From: Alphaproteobacteria bacterium
Lineage (GTDB): Bacteria > Pseudomonadota > Alphaproteobacteria > UBA8366 > Aestuariispiraceae
Assembly: GCA_030065235.1 (NCBI GenBank)
Contig: JASJDC010000006.1
Coordinates: 32,535 to 96,534, forward strand
Direction: 5' to 3'
Length of the DNA stretch: 64,000 nucleotides
The notes beneath the pieces were generated by a model, which saw only the letters and a program-made list of their open reading frames with translations, did no database searches and had not been told where the DNA came from. Both the position numbers and the translations under genes were made by a program. Below, in pieces: positions 17,114 to 26,731 of this stretch (position 1 is the stretch's first letter; each line of letters starts with the position of its first letter).

Positions 17114-17638
17114 ATGCACAGAATGACATTAAACTGGTTGCCGGTCGCATTGGCTGCATTCGGCTGTTTTCTCTTCACGGCGTCGGCTCACGCCAACGAG
17201 AAAAAGGACATTGAGACGATCGCGAAATCGATCGGGTTCATTAATGGCGGACCCTCGGGTTCCATCACCATGGATATCGTCTTTGATCCCGGCAACCCTG
17301 AGTCCGTCGCCCACGCCGACGAGGTGGCGGCTATCACTTCAGGCGGCGTCGGTTCAAAGGTTAAACTGACGGGCAACAAAGTCGCTTCGCCGGGTGAGGC
17401 GACATCCGCTGTTATTTTTGTGACCCGCGGCGCCGGCGGCGTCTACGCGGCGGCGCTCGACCAGGCTGTCGCCAATGGCGGCCTAACGGTGTCGAACGAT
17501 GTGAACTGTCTGAGCGGCGGATGTGTGCTGGTCGTCCAGACCAAACCCAGCGTCGATATTTTTATCAGCACGGCGGCCGCCGGCAAGGCGGGCGTCGAAT
17601 TCGCGTCGGCCTTCAGCATGATGATTACGAAAAAGTAA
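17114..17638 (+). CDS. YfiR/DUF4154-like periplasmic protein
   Basis: Signal peptide ...FLFTASAHA. C-terminal pattern AVIFVTRG...GGLTVSNDVNCLSGGCVLVVQTKPSVDIFISTAAAGKAGVEFASAFSMMI parallels the YfiR pattern (IYLG...VLSISE..C..GSMFCLNV....FEANL....GVRV...LKLA) as I recall it. Confidence 0.6.
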   Translation: MHRMTLNWLPVALAAFGCFLFTASAHANEKKDIETIAKSIGFINGGPSGSITMDIVFDPGNPESVAHADEVAAITSGGVGSKVKLTGNKVASPGEATSAVIFVTRGAGGVYAAALDQAVANGGLTVSNDVNCLSGGCVLVVQTKPSVDIFISTAAAGKAGVEFASAFSMMITKK

Positions 17639-17696
17639 GGGTGTGATCATGACATTCGCCACAGTAGATGACTGCGCCGGGAAAGGACGCCTCATC

Positions 17697-19796
17697 ATGA
17701 AGAAGCTTCAGTTCATCGCCGTCCTGCCTGCGGCCCTCTCCGCCGCCGTAACCTCAGCGGGCGCCCAAAGCCTCGACTATTCGACAATTTCCGAACTGTT
17801 TGGCGAGCCGGTTACGACATCGGCCAACGGGTCTCCGCAACGTCAGTCGGAAGTCGCGCTGAACCTGGAAATTCTGACGGCGGAAGACATTGCGCGGACC
17901 GGCGCGCGGAACATCCCGGAGGCGCTTAGGCATATCCCCGGCGTCGATGTGCGGCGGCATACGTTCGGACAGTATGAGGTTGGGATCCGGGGCTACAACC
18001 AGGGGAACGCCGAACGAATCCTGGTTCTGGTGAATGGCCGCCAAGTGTACACCGATTTCTTCGGTCAGGTCGTCTGGGACGGCATCCCTGTTGAGATGAG
18101 CGATATCCAGCAGATCGAGGTCGTGAAGGGCCCCAATACGGCTTTGTTCGGGTTCAACGCGGTCTCGGGTGTGGTGAATGTCATCACGTACAATCCCCTT
18201 TACGACGAGGTCCGGACGCTGACGGCGCGCGGGGGGACGCAAAACTTTTATGAAGGCTCAGGCACGATCTCCCAGAAAGTGTCTGAGAATGTCGGCTTTC
18301 GTCTCTCCCTTGGGGGATATGAGGCGAAGGATGATTTCGACGATGTCGAAGACGCCAAAGATTCTGGAGGATTAGATATCAGTTCGGCCGTCGAGGACAC
18401 GGACCGGGCGTCGGTCGCCCTGGATCTATGGGCGCAGCTTGCCGACAATATACAAGGCAATGTGGAGCTGACCAAGAACGAGTCGACGCGGAACGAACGG
18501 CTTGTGACGCATGCGCCTTCAACCAATGAGTACGACACCTACTCTGTCCGCGGGCGCGTTTTGGCCGACACACCCATTGGATTGATCGAGTTCGACGCGT
18601 ACCATAACGAATCTCGTGTGGATTTCGAGATTGGCGACCCAGAGGCGAACATTCCGCTCCAAGCGGACAATCGCATTACTGTCGTCAAACTAAGCGATAC
18701 GTTCGAATTGGGGTCGAGCAGCATCTTTCGCGTTGCGGGAGAGTATCGTTCGGCGTCGAATATCTTCACCTCCAGCGCTGCTGAGTTGAATGGGGATGAC
18801 CTAACTTATGATATCTGGAGCGGCTCGGTGCTGTGGGATTGGCGGGCGACGGACACGATCCGAACCAGCGCCGCTTTCCGCTACGACAATTTCGAGTTGG
18901 ACCCGGACGGCCCCTTCGTTGCGGGGTTTCCGGTCGGCGCCGCGAATCCGTTCACCGATAGCCAATATGAGGATCAGACCCGTGAGGAGTATAGCTATAA
19001 TCTCGGCGTGACCTACGCACCGGATGACGTCAACACCTTTCGGGCCATGACGGCGCGCGGCGCCGATCTCCCGAGTTTCGTGGAGTTTGGATTTCAAACC
19101 GCTTTCCTGCCTGGCACTGTGACCTCAAACCCGTCGGGAAGCATTTATGGCGATCCCGAAAACGATACGTCAATCGTCACGAACTACGAGCTTGGGTATG
19201 ATCGAAAAGTGGACGCGATCAACGGTCTGTTCCGATCCGCGATCTTTTATCAGTACAATGATGAGATGCAATCCTTTGATGGCTTTGTCGAAAAAACCGG
19301 CGGCCCTTTTGAGGACCGGTCGATCATCACCAATATCGGCGATAGTGAAATGTACGGCGTCGAATTGGGGTTGGACGGCGTCTATGACGAACGCTGGAAC
19401 TGGGGTGTGAACTACACTTTCATCGAAATTGAAGACGACTTCCGCAACAAGCTAAACGAAGCCCAACGATCGTCGGTCGCGGCCTACGAGGACTCGGTTG
19501 TCAACCACATCTTTAACGCGCGTCTCGGATACAAGTCAGACAATTGGACCGCCGATCTGTTCGGTCAGTATCGGTCGAGTTTTGATGACATTGTAGAGGC
19601 GTCCAATAACACCAACTCTCAATATCGCCTGGAAGGGGTCAACAGCGAGGTTATTGTCAGCGCCAATTTCGCCTATGACATAACCGATATGTTCACCTGG
19701 TCGGTTTCCGGCACCAGCCTCCTGGGCGATACGCAGCAGTCGGTTGAATATGAAGCGGAAACGGTCGTCTGGACGGCGCTCCAGGTGAATTTCTGA
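17697..19796 (+). CDS. TonB-dependent outer-membrane receptor
   Basis: Signal peptide MKKLQFIAVLPAALSAAVTSAGAQS. Plug motifs (ILTAEDIARTGARNIPEALRHIPGV, IEVVKGPNTALFG), a long beta-barrel region and a terminal aromatic residue (...LQVNF). Confidence 0.85.
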   Translation: MKKLQFIAVLPAALSAAVTSAGAQSLDYSTISELFGEPVTTSANGSPQRQSEVALNLEILTAEDIARTGARNIPEALRHIPGVDVRRHTFGQYEVGIRGYNQGNAERILVLVNGRQVYTDFFGQVVWDGIPVEMSDIQQIEVVKGPNTALFGFNAVSGVVNVITYNPLYDEVRTLTARGGTQNFYEGSGTISQKVSENVGFRLSLGGYEAKDDFDDVEDAKDSGGLDISSAVEDTDRASVALDLWAQLADNIQGNVELTKNESTRNERLVTHAPSTNEYDTYSVRGRVLADTPIGLIEFDAYHNESRVDFEIGDPEANIPLQADNRITVVKLSDTFELGSSSIFRVAGEYRSASNIFTSSAAELNGDDLTYDIWSGSVLWDWRATDTIRTSAAFRYDNFELDPDGPFVAGFPVGAANPFTDSQYEDQTREEYSYNLGVTYAPDDVNTFRAMTARGADLPSFVEFGFQTAFLPGTVTSNPSGSIYGDPENDTSIVTNYELGYDRKVDAINGLFRSAIFYQYNDEMQSFDGFVEKTGGPFEDRSIITNIGDSEMYGVELGLDGVYDERWNWGVNYTFIEIEDDFRNKLNEAQRSSVAAYEDSVVNHIFNARLGYKSDNWTADLFGQYRSSFDDIVEASNNTNSQYRLEGVNSEVIVSANFAYDITDMFTWSVSGTSLLGDTQQSVEYEAETVVWTALQVNF

Positions 19797-19829
19797 CCGA
19801 CCTGTTCGATCCGGTCGATCTCAGGCGCA

Positions 19830-19857
19830 GTCCTCTCCGCATGGCAACGGAGAGGAC
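19830..19857 (+). terminator. 10-bp perfect stem-loop downstream of the receptor gene (no U-tract)
   Basis: gtcctctccg-catggcaa-cggagaggac, 34 nt after the TGA at 19796. Lacks a T-run, so intrinsic-terminator function is uncertain. Confidence 0.4.
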
Positions 19858-19990
19858 GGATGCGCGCGATCGGCGCTGACATCACCACCCGAAGCGATCC
19901 ATGGATTTTCGCATAAGGATGACAAAGCTATAGGGTGACGCTCGATTTGGGCGAGGCGTATTTCTCGGATCGGGACCGCGAAAAGAGACG

Positions 19991-21484
19991 ATGACACGCG
20001 ATCTCTACCTTGCCATTGATGTCGGAACCGGCGGTTTGCGTTCGGCCCTCGTCGACCGGCAAGGCCGGATCCTGGCCATCAGCCATAAGGAACATGAACA
20101 GATCGTCCCTCGGTTCGGATGGTCGGAACAACGTCCGGCCGATTGGTGGGCGGGGACCCAGGCGACCATTCGGGCGGTGATCGGCAAGGTTAATGGCGCC
20201 GCGGATCGGGTGGCGGCGATTTGCGCCTGCGGTCAGATGCACGGCGCTGTGCTGATCGACGATGACGGGATCCCGACGCTCGACTCTGCGCCGCTCTGGA
20301 ACGACAAGCGCACCGTGGCTCAGGTCGACGCTTTCGTCGCCGCGCATGGCGTCGAGCGCGGGTTGGTGCTAACCGCCAACGTGCCCGCGCCGGCCTGGCC
20401 CGCCTTCAAGGTGGCTTGGATCGCCGAAAACCATCCCGACGCGCTCAAGCGGGCCACGACGCTGTTGATGCCGAAGGACTGGATCAATTTCAAACTCACA
20501 GGCGAGCGGGCGCAGGATTTTACCGAGGCGTCGCTCAGCTACCTAATGGATTGGCAGAGCCGGACCTGGTCCGATGAGCTCTGCGCGGCGACTGGTACGC
20601 CTCGGGGGCTGTTGGCGCCGCTCAAGAGCCCCGGCGAGGTGCTCGGCGGGCTCACGCGCGATGTCGCCGAGAGCCTGGGTCTTCCCGCCGATCTGCCCGT
20701 CCTGGTCGGCGCCGGCGACTACCCGATGGCCTTGCTCGGCTCCGGCGTCATGCGCGCCGGCATGGGGTCGGACGTGACCGGAACGTCCTCAATCATCACC
20801 TTGCTGCACGACAACGCCATTCTAGAGCCGGAAGTATCCAACGTGCTGACGCCCAACGGCGTCTGGGGCGTGATGACCCTGGTCGAGGCCGGCGGCGACG
20901 CCGTACGCTGGGCCCGCCGCGCCTTTCACGAAAACCGGCGCAGCTACGCGGAGGTCGCCGAGACCGCCGCCCTTGCCCCAGCGGGCTCCGGCGGCGTGTT
21001 CTTCCTCCCCTATCTCTCCGGAGAACGCGTAGCGAAGAAACGCAACTCGCGCGCCCAATTCTTCGGGCTCAAAGCGGAGACGGGTCTGGCGCATTTGCAC
21101 CGCGCCGTGCTTGAAGGCGTCGCCTTTTCGGTGCGCCGGGTGCTCGACAAGCTGCCGGAGGGCAGGGGCCGGCCCGAACGCATCATCGCCGCCTCGGGCG
21201 GGGCGAAGTCCGATCTCTGGTTGAAGATCAAAGCCTCGATGTATGGCGTTCCTTATCTTGTCCCCGAGGAATTGGAATGCGGCGTGGTCGGCGCGGCGAC
21301 GCTGATGGCCGTCTCGACCGGCGACGCGCCCGACCTCGATACCGCCGTCGCCCGCATGGTTCGCTTCGGCGCCGAGATCGCCCCCGATCCAGAATGGGCC
21401 GACTTGTACGACCGGATGGCGCCGATCTATGCCGGCCTCTACGCGCACGCCCAGGATTTTTACGACGATCTAGACGCACTATAA
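19991..21484 (+). CDS. FGGY-family carbohydrate kinase (xylulokinase/glycerol-kinase-like)
   Basis: N-terminal LAIDVGTGGLRSALVD actin-fold phosphate-1 motif, GAGDYPMALLGSG, SGGAKSDLWLKIKASMYG. About 497 aa. Confidence 0.85.
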   Translation: MTRDLYLAIDVGTGGLRSALVDRQGRILAISHKEHEQIVPRFGWSEQRPADWWAGTQATIRAVIGKVNGAADRVAAICACGQMHGAVLIDDDGIPTLDSAPLWNDKRTVAQVDAFVAAHGVERGLVLTANVPAPAWPAFKVAWIAENHPDALKRATTLLMPKDWINFKLTGERAQDFTEASLSYLMDWQSRTWSDELCAATGTPRGLLAPLKSPGEVLGGLTRDVAESLGLPADLPVLVGAGDYPMALLGSGVMRAGMGSDVTGTSSIITLLHDNAILEPEVSNVLTPNGVWGVMTLVEAGGDAVRWARRAFHENRRSYAEVAETAALAPAGSGGVFFLPYLSGERVAKKRNSRAQFFGLKAETGLAHLHRAVLEGVAFSVRRVLDKLPEGRGRPERIIAASGGAKSDLWLKIKASMYGVPYLVPEELECGVVGAATLMAVSTGDAPDLDTAVARMVRFGAEIAPDPEWADLYDRMAPIYAGLYAHAQDFYDDLDAL

Positions 21485-21608
21485 ACCGCTCCGCTCTTCA
21501 TTCGAGCGACGGCGGCGCCCCGGTCGATATCAGGCCGGATAGGATGACCGGTTGACGCAGGACCGTGAGCAGACGAGTCTGCAAGAGCGACGCGTTGGGG
21601 ACGCTGAT

Positions 21609-22928
21609 ATGCTGGATATTTTGCGAGACCGCACCTACCGAAGACTATTTCTTGCACAGGTAGTGGCGCTGCTGGGGACCGGTCTTGCGACGGTCGCGCT
21701 CGGGCTTCTGGCTTACGACCTCGCAGGCGGGAATGCGGCGCTGGTATTGGGCGCGGTCTTCGCCATCAAGATGGCGGCCTATGTAACGGTGGCGCCCGTC
21801 GCCGCGGCGGTGGCCGAACGGGTTCCGCGGCGTCGGGTTCTGGTGACGCTCGACCTTTTGCGCGCCGCCGTCGCGCTTTGCCTGCCCTTTGTCAGTTCGG
21901 TTTGGCAGGTCTACGCCTTGATTATCGTCCTGCAAACGGCGTCCGCCGCCTTCACGCCGACCTACCAGGCGACGATTCCGGATGTGCTCCCCGACGAGGA
22001 ACGCTACACGCGCGCCTTGTCCTTGTCGCGGCTCGCCTATGACCTGGATTCGTTGCTGAGCCCGACGCTCGCCGCACTGCTTCTTTTGGTTCTTTCCTAC
22101 AATGCGCTTTTCATGGGTACGGTCTTGGGCTTTGTCGCCTCGGCCCTGCTCATAGTCTCCGTGATCTTGCCGACGCCGAAGCCGGCGGCGCCGCGCGGTT
22201 TCTACGACCGCACGACGCGGGGGATCCGAATTTACCTCGCTACGCCGCGCCTGCGCGGGCTGCTGGCCTTTTCCCTCGCCGTCTCATCCGCCGGGGCGAT
22301 GGTTTTGGTGAATACAGTGGTTCTCGTCAAGGACCGGCTCGGTCTCGGCGACGCCGCGGTTGCTGTGGCGATGGGGGCGTTCGGCGCGGGGTCGATGCTC
22401 GCAGCGCTCGCCCTGCCGCGGCTGCTAAACCGGATGGCCGACCGGCCGGTCATGAGCGGCGGCGCGCTCGTCATGTTGGCCGGGCTGATCAGCCTTGCTG
22501 CATTGGATTTGGCTTTCGGCCTGTCGCAAGCGGCGCTGGTTGCGGCATGGTTGTTAATCGGCCTCGGCTATTCGGCGGTCCTCACGCCGTCAGGACGCCT
22601 TTTGCGCCGGTCGTCGCAACCGGAGGATCGCCCCGCCGTATTCGCCGCGCAATTCGCGCTGAGCCATGCCTGCTGGCTAATCACCTATCCGCTCGCCGGG
22701 GTGCTGATGACGTTCAGCGGCGAAACTGTCACGCTGTCGGTGCTGGCCGCGATGACGGCGACGTCTCTGGTGATCGCCCGCCTGCAATGGCTGGCTGACG
22801 ATCCGGTTGAGATGGAGCATGAGCACCCGGATTTGCCGGCTGACCACCCCCATGTGCGGGATGGTCAGCGGCACGCCCACGCCTTCACGATCGACGATCT
22901 GCACCGGTCCTGGCCTACCAGCGGTTAG
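21609..22928 (+). CDS. MFS transporter (EntS/MFS_3-like) with histidine-rich C-terminal tail
   Basis: 12-TM-like hydrophobic profile. N-terminus YRRLFLAQVVALLGTG is typical of MFS_3. Tail is EMEHEHPDLPADHPHVRDGQRHAHAF. ATG 21609 preferred over the listed TTG 21552. Confidence 0.8.
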   Translation: MLDILRDRTYRRLFLAQVVALLGTGLATVALGLLAYDLAGGNAALVLGAVFAIKMAAYVTVAPVAAAVAERVPRRRVLVTLDLLRAAVALCLPFVSSVWQVYALIIVLQTASAAFTPTYQATIPDVLPDEERYTRALSLSRLAYDLDSLLSPTLAALLLLVLSYNALFMGTVLGFVASALLIVSVILPTPKPAAPRGFYDRTTRGIRIYLATPRLRGLLAFSLAVSSAGAMVLVNTVVLVKDRLGLGDAAVAVAMGAFGAGSMLAALALPRLLNRMADRPVMSGGALVMLAGLISLAALDLAFGLSQAALVAAWLLIGLGYSAVLTPSGRLLRRSSQPEDRPAVFAAQFALSHACWLITYPLAGVLMTFSGETVTLSVLAAMTATSLVIARLQWLADDPVEMEHEHPDLPADHPHVRDGQRHAHAFTIDDLHRSWPTSG

Positions 22929-23125
22929 GGGCCAGACTTCGGGCAGCTTTCTCCAAACAGGCGAAGCGAGACGATTTCGGCCTCTTTGCGATGCTCCCGC
23001 CCGAAAATGCGAACGACGCCGGCTTTGGAGTTCAAGAGCCCTACCAACAGCTTCAGGAGCGCTGATTCGCCGCCGGCCCTTTATCCTTACAACCGCGTAG
23101 GTCACCTACAGGCGTTCTCGTTTTT

Positions 23126-23926
23126 CTAGAAGGTGGCGGTTACGCCGCCGTCGACGGTCAAGATCTGCCCGGTGACATAGGCGGCGTCGGAGGACAACAA
23201 GAAGGCGGCCGGTCCGGCGAGGTCTTCCGGCTGTCCGGGGCGTCGCATCGGGATCTTGCCGTATTTCAGATAGACCTCCCGAAAGTAGGCGGTCTCATGT
23301 TCATGGCCGCCATCGGCGAGCCGCGCCATGCGCGTATCGATAAAGCCGGGGGCGAGTCCGTTCACCACGATGCCTTGGTCTGCCAACTCGCAGGCGAGAC
23401 AACGAACCATATTGATCACCCCGCCTTTGGCCGTCGAATAGGGAATCGATTCCACCGAGCCGACCTGCCCCATGATCGAGGCCGTGGCCAGAATGGCGCC
23501 GCCGCCGGATCCGGCGATCAGTGGGGCGGCGGCGAGCGCCGAGATCAGCACGCTTTCCATATTGACGGCGACGACCTCGCGGAAACGGTTCAGGCGCAGC
23601 GTCTCCAAAGGGCTGATATCGAGGATGGCGGCGTTGGCGAAGAGCCCGTCAAGCCGTCCGCGGGTCGCGGCGATCTGGTCTATCAGGCTGCGGGTCGCCG
23701 CTTCATCGGTGACATCCAGAGCCGCCGCTTCCGCCCGACCGGCGGCGCCGCGGGCGCCATTGATCGCTGCGGCGGCGTCCTCCGCCGTGTCGCCGTCGAT
23801 ATCGGCGAGCACGACATGCGCGCCTTCGGCGACCAGTCTGGCGGCGACCGCCCGGCCAATGCCGCGCGCGGCGCCGGTGGCGAGAAGCGTCTTTCCGTCG
23901 AAACGGTGGCAGGCGGCGTCATTCAT
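23126..23926 (-). CDS. SDR-family oxidoreductase
   Basis: TGAARGIG cofactor motif and catalytic YSTAK. ATG 23926 follows GAGAGG, and the listed TTG 23947 would overlap the upstream permease. Confidence 0.85.
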   Translation of the reverse strand: MNDAACHRFDGKTLLATGAARGIGRAVAARLVAEGAHVVLADIDGDTAEDAAAAINGARGAAGRAEAAALDVTDEAATRSLIDQIAATRGRLDGLFANAAILDISPLETLRLNRFREVVAVNMESVLISALAAAPLIAGSGGGAILATASIMGQVGSVESIPYSTAKGGVINMVRCLACELADQGIVVNGLAPGFIDTRMARLADGGHEHETAYFREVYLKYGKIPMRRPGQPEDLAGPAAFLLSSDAAYVTGQILTVDGGVTATF

Positions 23927-23936
23927 CGTAGACCTC

Positions 23937-24791
23937 TCATGGTTCAATATCGCCGACGCGGCCCCGGATGAATCGCGCTGCGATCAAGGCGAGCAGCACG
24001 GACGCAATCAGGACGAGCGTCACGAGCGCGTTGATTTCCGGCGTGAAGCCGACGCGCATCATCGCATAGAGGCGCAAGGGCAGGGTCGACTCGTCGCCGA
24101 CCAGGAACAGCGTGATCATCGTCTCGTCGAAGGAAAGCGCGAAAGCCAACATCGCGGCCGCAGCCATCGCGCTGCCGAGCTGCGGCAGCAGGATGTAGCG
24201 AAAGGTCTGCCACCGCGACGCGCCGAGATCGCGGGACGCTTCCAGAACGTTCCGGCTCACCGCTTGAATCCGGGTCAGAAGGATGCGGTAGACGATCGCC
24301 AAGACGAACACCGTATGACCGATCGAAATGGTGATAAAGCCGCGCGGCAACCCGATCTCGCGGGACAGGATCAACAAGGACAGGCCGGTGATGATCGGCG
24401 GCAAGAGGAACGGCAGGAAGACGAGAAACTCCAGGACCGCGCGGGTCCGCTCGGATCGCTGCGGGACGCTGGCGTAGAGCGCGATACCGGTGGCCAGCAC
24501 GATCGCGGCCAAGGTCGCGCTGAAGCCGACAATCAGCGAAAAGACCAGGGCCTGCGCAATCTCCGCATTGGAGAACAGCGCGCCATACCAGTCGAGCGAG
24601 AAGCTGTCCCATTGCACCTCGCCGCGACGGGTCCTGAAGAAGGAGAGCGCGAAGACGAGGAAGATCGGCGCATAAAGCGCGAGGAATACGATTCCAGCGA
24701 CAGCGCCCAGCAGCCAATCGGCGAGCGACCGCTTACCGATCAGCGGTCGCCGAGCGTCCGCGGCGCGGAAATTGGCGCTCACCGTCGCCAT
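23937..24791 (-). CDS. ABC transporter permease (PotC-like)
   Basis: 6-TM profile with the EAA loop LEASRDLGASRWQTFRYILLP. ATG 24791 overlaps the upstream permease stop (24779). Confidence 0.85.
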   Translation of the reverse strand: MATVSANFRAADARRPLIGKRSLADWLLGAVAGIVFLALYAPIFLVFALSFFRTRRGEVQWDSFSLDWYGALFSNAEIAQALVFSLIVGFSATLAAIVLATGIALYASVPQRSERTRAVLEFLVFLPFLLPPIITGLSLLILSREIGLPRGFITISIGHTVFVLAIVYRILLTRIQAVSRNVLEASRDLGASRWQTFRYILLPQLGSAMAAAAMLAFALSFDETMITLFLVGDESTLPLRLYAMMRVGFTPEINALVTLVLIASVLLALIAARFIRGRVGDIEP

Positions 24792-25636
24792 CGCGCAGAC
24801 CCGATCGCGCGCGCGCCGAAAACGACGCACAGCGCAACCGCCAAGAGCAACGCCGACAGAGCGGCGCCCAGCGGCCAGTTGAAGGCCAACCCGAACTGGG
24901 TGAAGACCAGGCGGCCATACGTGAAGCCGTCAATCCCGCCCACAAGCTCGGGCGCCAGGAAATCGCCCATAGCCAGCACGAAGGTGAACATCGCACCGAC
25001 CGTCGCGCCCGGCAGGCTGAGCGGCAGCACAACCGAGCGGAACGTGCGCCCGGCGCCCGCGCCCAGGTCGGATGAGGCCTGCAACAGGCTGGCCGGAATG
25101 CGTTCGAGCGCGATGAAGGTGGGCAGCGTGGCGAATGGCAGCAGAATGACGATCAGCGTCAGCTTCACGGCGGTCAGGTTGAACAGAAAGGCTGTGACAG
25201 GCTCGTCCACGATCCCGAGCGTTGTCAGCACGCCATTCAGCAGCCCGTTGGCGCCGAGAACCCCGCGCATGGCGTAGATGCGAATGACGTAGCTCATCAA
25301 AAGCGGCGCGGCGAGCAGGAAGAGCAGCGGCGCCCGCCAGCGCGCCGGCCGGCGCCAGACGAAATAGGCGGTTGCATAGCCGAGGACGAGACAGGCGAGC
25401 GAGACCTGTAACGCCAGCAGCACCGTCTTGCCGAAGGTGCGCATATAGGCTGGGTTCGTCAGCGCCTCGCGATAGGTTTCAAGCGAGAGGGTGCGCTGGA
25501 TTTGGTTGTCCTCAACCTGGAAGAAGCCATAGATGAGGAAACTCATCAACGGCGCGAAGATCAGCGCCAGCAAGGGGGCCCAGATCGCCGCGCCGACCGC
25601 GAGGCCCGACAAGGGGCTGGGGCGGGCGGCGTTCAC
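24779..25636 (-). CDS. ABC transporter permease (PotB-like)
   Basis: 6-TM profile with the EAA loop LQASSDLGAGAGRTFRSVVLP. Overlaps the ATPase stop by 4 nt. Confidence 0.85.
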   Translation of the reverse strand: MNAARPSPLSGLAVGAAIWAPLLALIFAPLMSFLIYGFFQVEDNQIQRTLSLETYREALTNPAYMRTFGKTVLLALQVSLACLVLGYATAYFVWRRPARWRAPLLFLLAAPLLMSYVIRIYAMRGVLGANGLLNGVLTTLGIVDEPVTAFLFNLTAVKLTLIVILLPFATLPTFIALERIPASLLQASSDLGAGAGRTFRSVVLPLSLPGATVGAMFTFVLAMGDFLAPELVGGIDGFTYGRLVFTQFGLAFNWPLGAALSALLLAVALCVVFGARAIGSARWRR

Positions 25637-26730
25637 GGCGCCGCCTCCGCCGGGATCAGCGCCGTTGCGGAAGCCGTAAACCCGATCGTAAGACGCGCGC
25701 CGGCCAGGATTGAGTCCCGCTCTGGGCGGCTGAAGGATTTCAGCGACAGGCGCACGCCGGCGTCGGTCTCAAGAAGCGCCCGCGTGACCGGACCGGCGAA
25801 ATCCACCGCCGTGACCTGCGCTTGAATAGACATGTCGGCCGTCTCGCCTTCCGAGAGCGGGCTTAGACTCTCCGGCCGGATGCAAAGCGTCGCGCGCTTG
25901 CCCGCCAATGCGGTGGGCGCGGCAAGGTCGATCACTCCCAGCGGCGTCTCCACACACGCGCCGTCGACGGTGACGCGACATCCTTCGATCAGGTTGTTGT
26001 CGCCGAAGAAGGTGGCGACGAAACGACTTTTGGGACGGTAATAGATGTCCCGCGCGGTTCCGATTTGTTCGACCCGTCCCTGCGCCATGACGCAGATCCG
26101 GTCCGACAAAGTGACCGCTTCGTCCTGGTCATGGGTGACGAAGAGAAAAGTGACGCCGGTTTGACGTTGGATCGATTTCAGAAACTCTTGCATCTGACGC
26201 CGCAGGCCGGCGTCGAGCGCCGCCAACGGCTCGTCCAACAAAACCAACCTAGGATCGCAGATCAGAGCGCGCGCCAGAGCGACCCGTTGCCGCTGTCCGC
26301 CTGAGAGCTGCGCCGGATGACGGCGTTCCATCCCGGCCAGGTCGACAATCTCGAGATACTTGGCGACTTTCTCGGCGATTTCCGATTTTGGCCGCCCGCG
26401 CACCATCAGGCCGTAGCCGACATTCTGCGCGACGTTCATGTGCGGGAACAGCGCATAGTCCTGGAACACGGTGTTGAAGGGGCGCGCCTCGATCGCCGTG
26501 TGTGCGATATCGACGCCGTCGAAAAGAATGCGTCCTTCGCTGGGCTCAATAAAGCCGCCGATCAGACGTAGAAGGGTCGTCTTGCCGGACCCGGAAGGCC
26601 CGAGAATGGTCAGGAACTCGCCGTTCTGTACATCAAGGTCCACGGCCGCCAGCGCGGTCGTCGCGTCATAGCGCATGGCCAGGCCGCGCACGCTAAGAAG
26701 CGGCCCGCCGTCGACCGGGGACTGGGTCAT
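25633..26730 (-). CDS. ABC transporter ATP-binding protein (PotA-like)
   Basis: Walker A GPSGSGKTT, signature LSGGQRQRVALARAL, Walker B VLLDEPLAALD, and a C-terminal TOBE-like domain. Confidence 0.9.
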   Translation of the reverse strand: MTQSPVDGGPLLSVRGLAMRYDATTALAAVDLDVQNGEFLTILGPSGSGKTTLLRLIGGFIEPSEGRILFDGVDIAHTAIEARPFNTVFQDYALFPHMNVAQNVGYGLMVRGRPKSEIAEKVAKYLEIVDLAGMERRHPAQLSGGQRQRVALARALICDPRLVLLDEPLAALDAGLRRQMQEFLKSIQRQTGVTFLFVTHDQDEAVTLSDRICVMAQGRVEQIGTARDIYYRPKSRFVATFFGDNNLIEGCRVTVDGACVETPLGVIDLAAPTALAGKRATLCIRPESLSPLSEGETADMSIQAQVTAVDFAGPVTRALLETDAGVRLSLKSFSRPERDSILAGARLTIGFTASATALIPAEAAP

Positions 26731-26731
26731 A

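Larger units (their letters stand above)
14484..19990. other. lower-G+C block (candidate horizontally acquired segment) carrying the MCP, YfiR-like and TonB-dependent receptor genes
   Basis: Hand counts of single 60-nt lines give 42% (15841), 48% (16261) and 47% (19201), with one line at 60% (18541). Flanking lines give 72% (13861) and 65% (20401). The left edge coincides with the truncated SorC gene. No integrase or flanking direct repeat found. Confidence 0.4.

Noticed and set aside
16659-17214. Several overlapping 80-130-aa ORFs in the MCP/YfiR-like divergent region
   Set aside because: They overlap one another on both strands, are Arg-rich and show no motif. The region is flagged as unexplained rather than annotated as genes.
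23097-23109. Palindrome GTAGGT-c-ACCTAC followed some distance later by a T-run
   Set aside because: A one-nucleotide loop cannot form the full stem, and the T-run is not adjacent. It lies 170 nt from the nearest upstream stop. Not called as a terminator.
23472-25277. 601-aa plus-strand ORF
   Set aside because: Runs antisense through the SDR and both PotB/PotC-like permease genes. The product is dominated by R/A/S/P runs. Shadow ORF.
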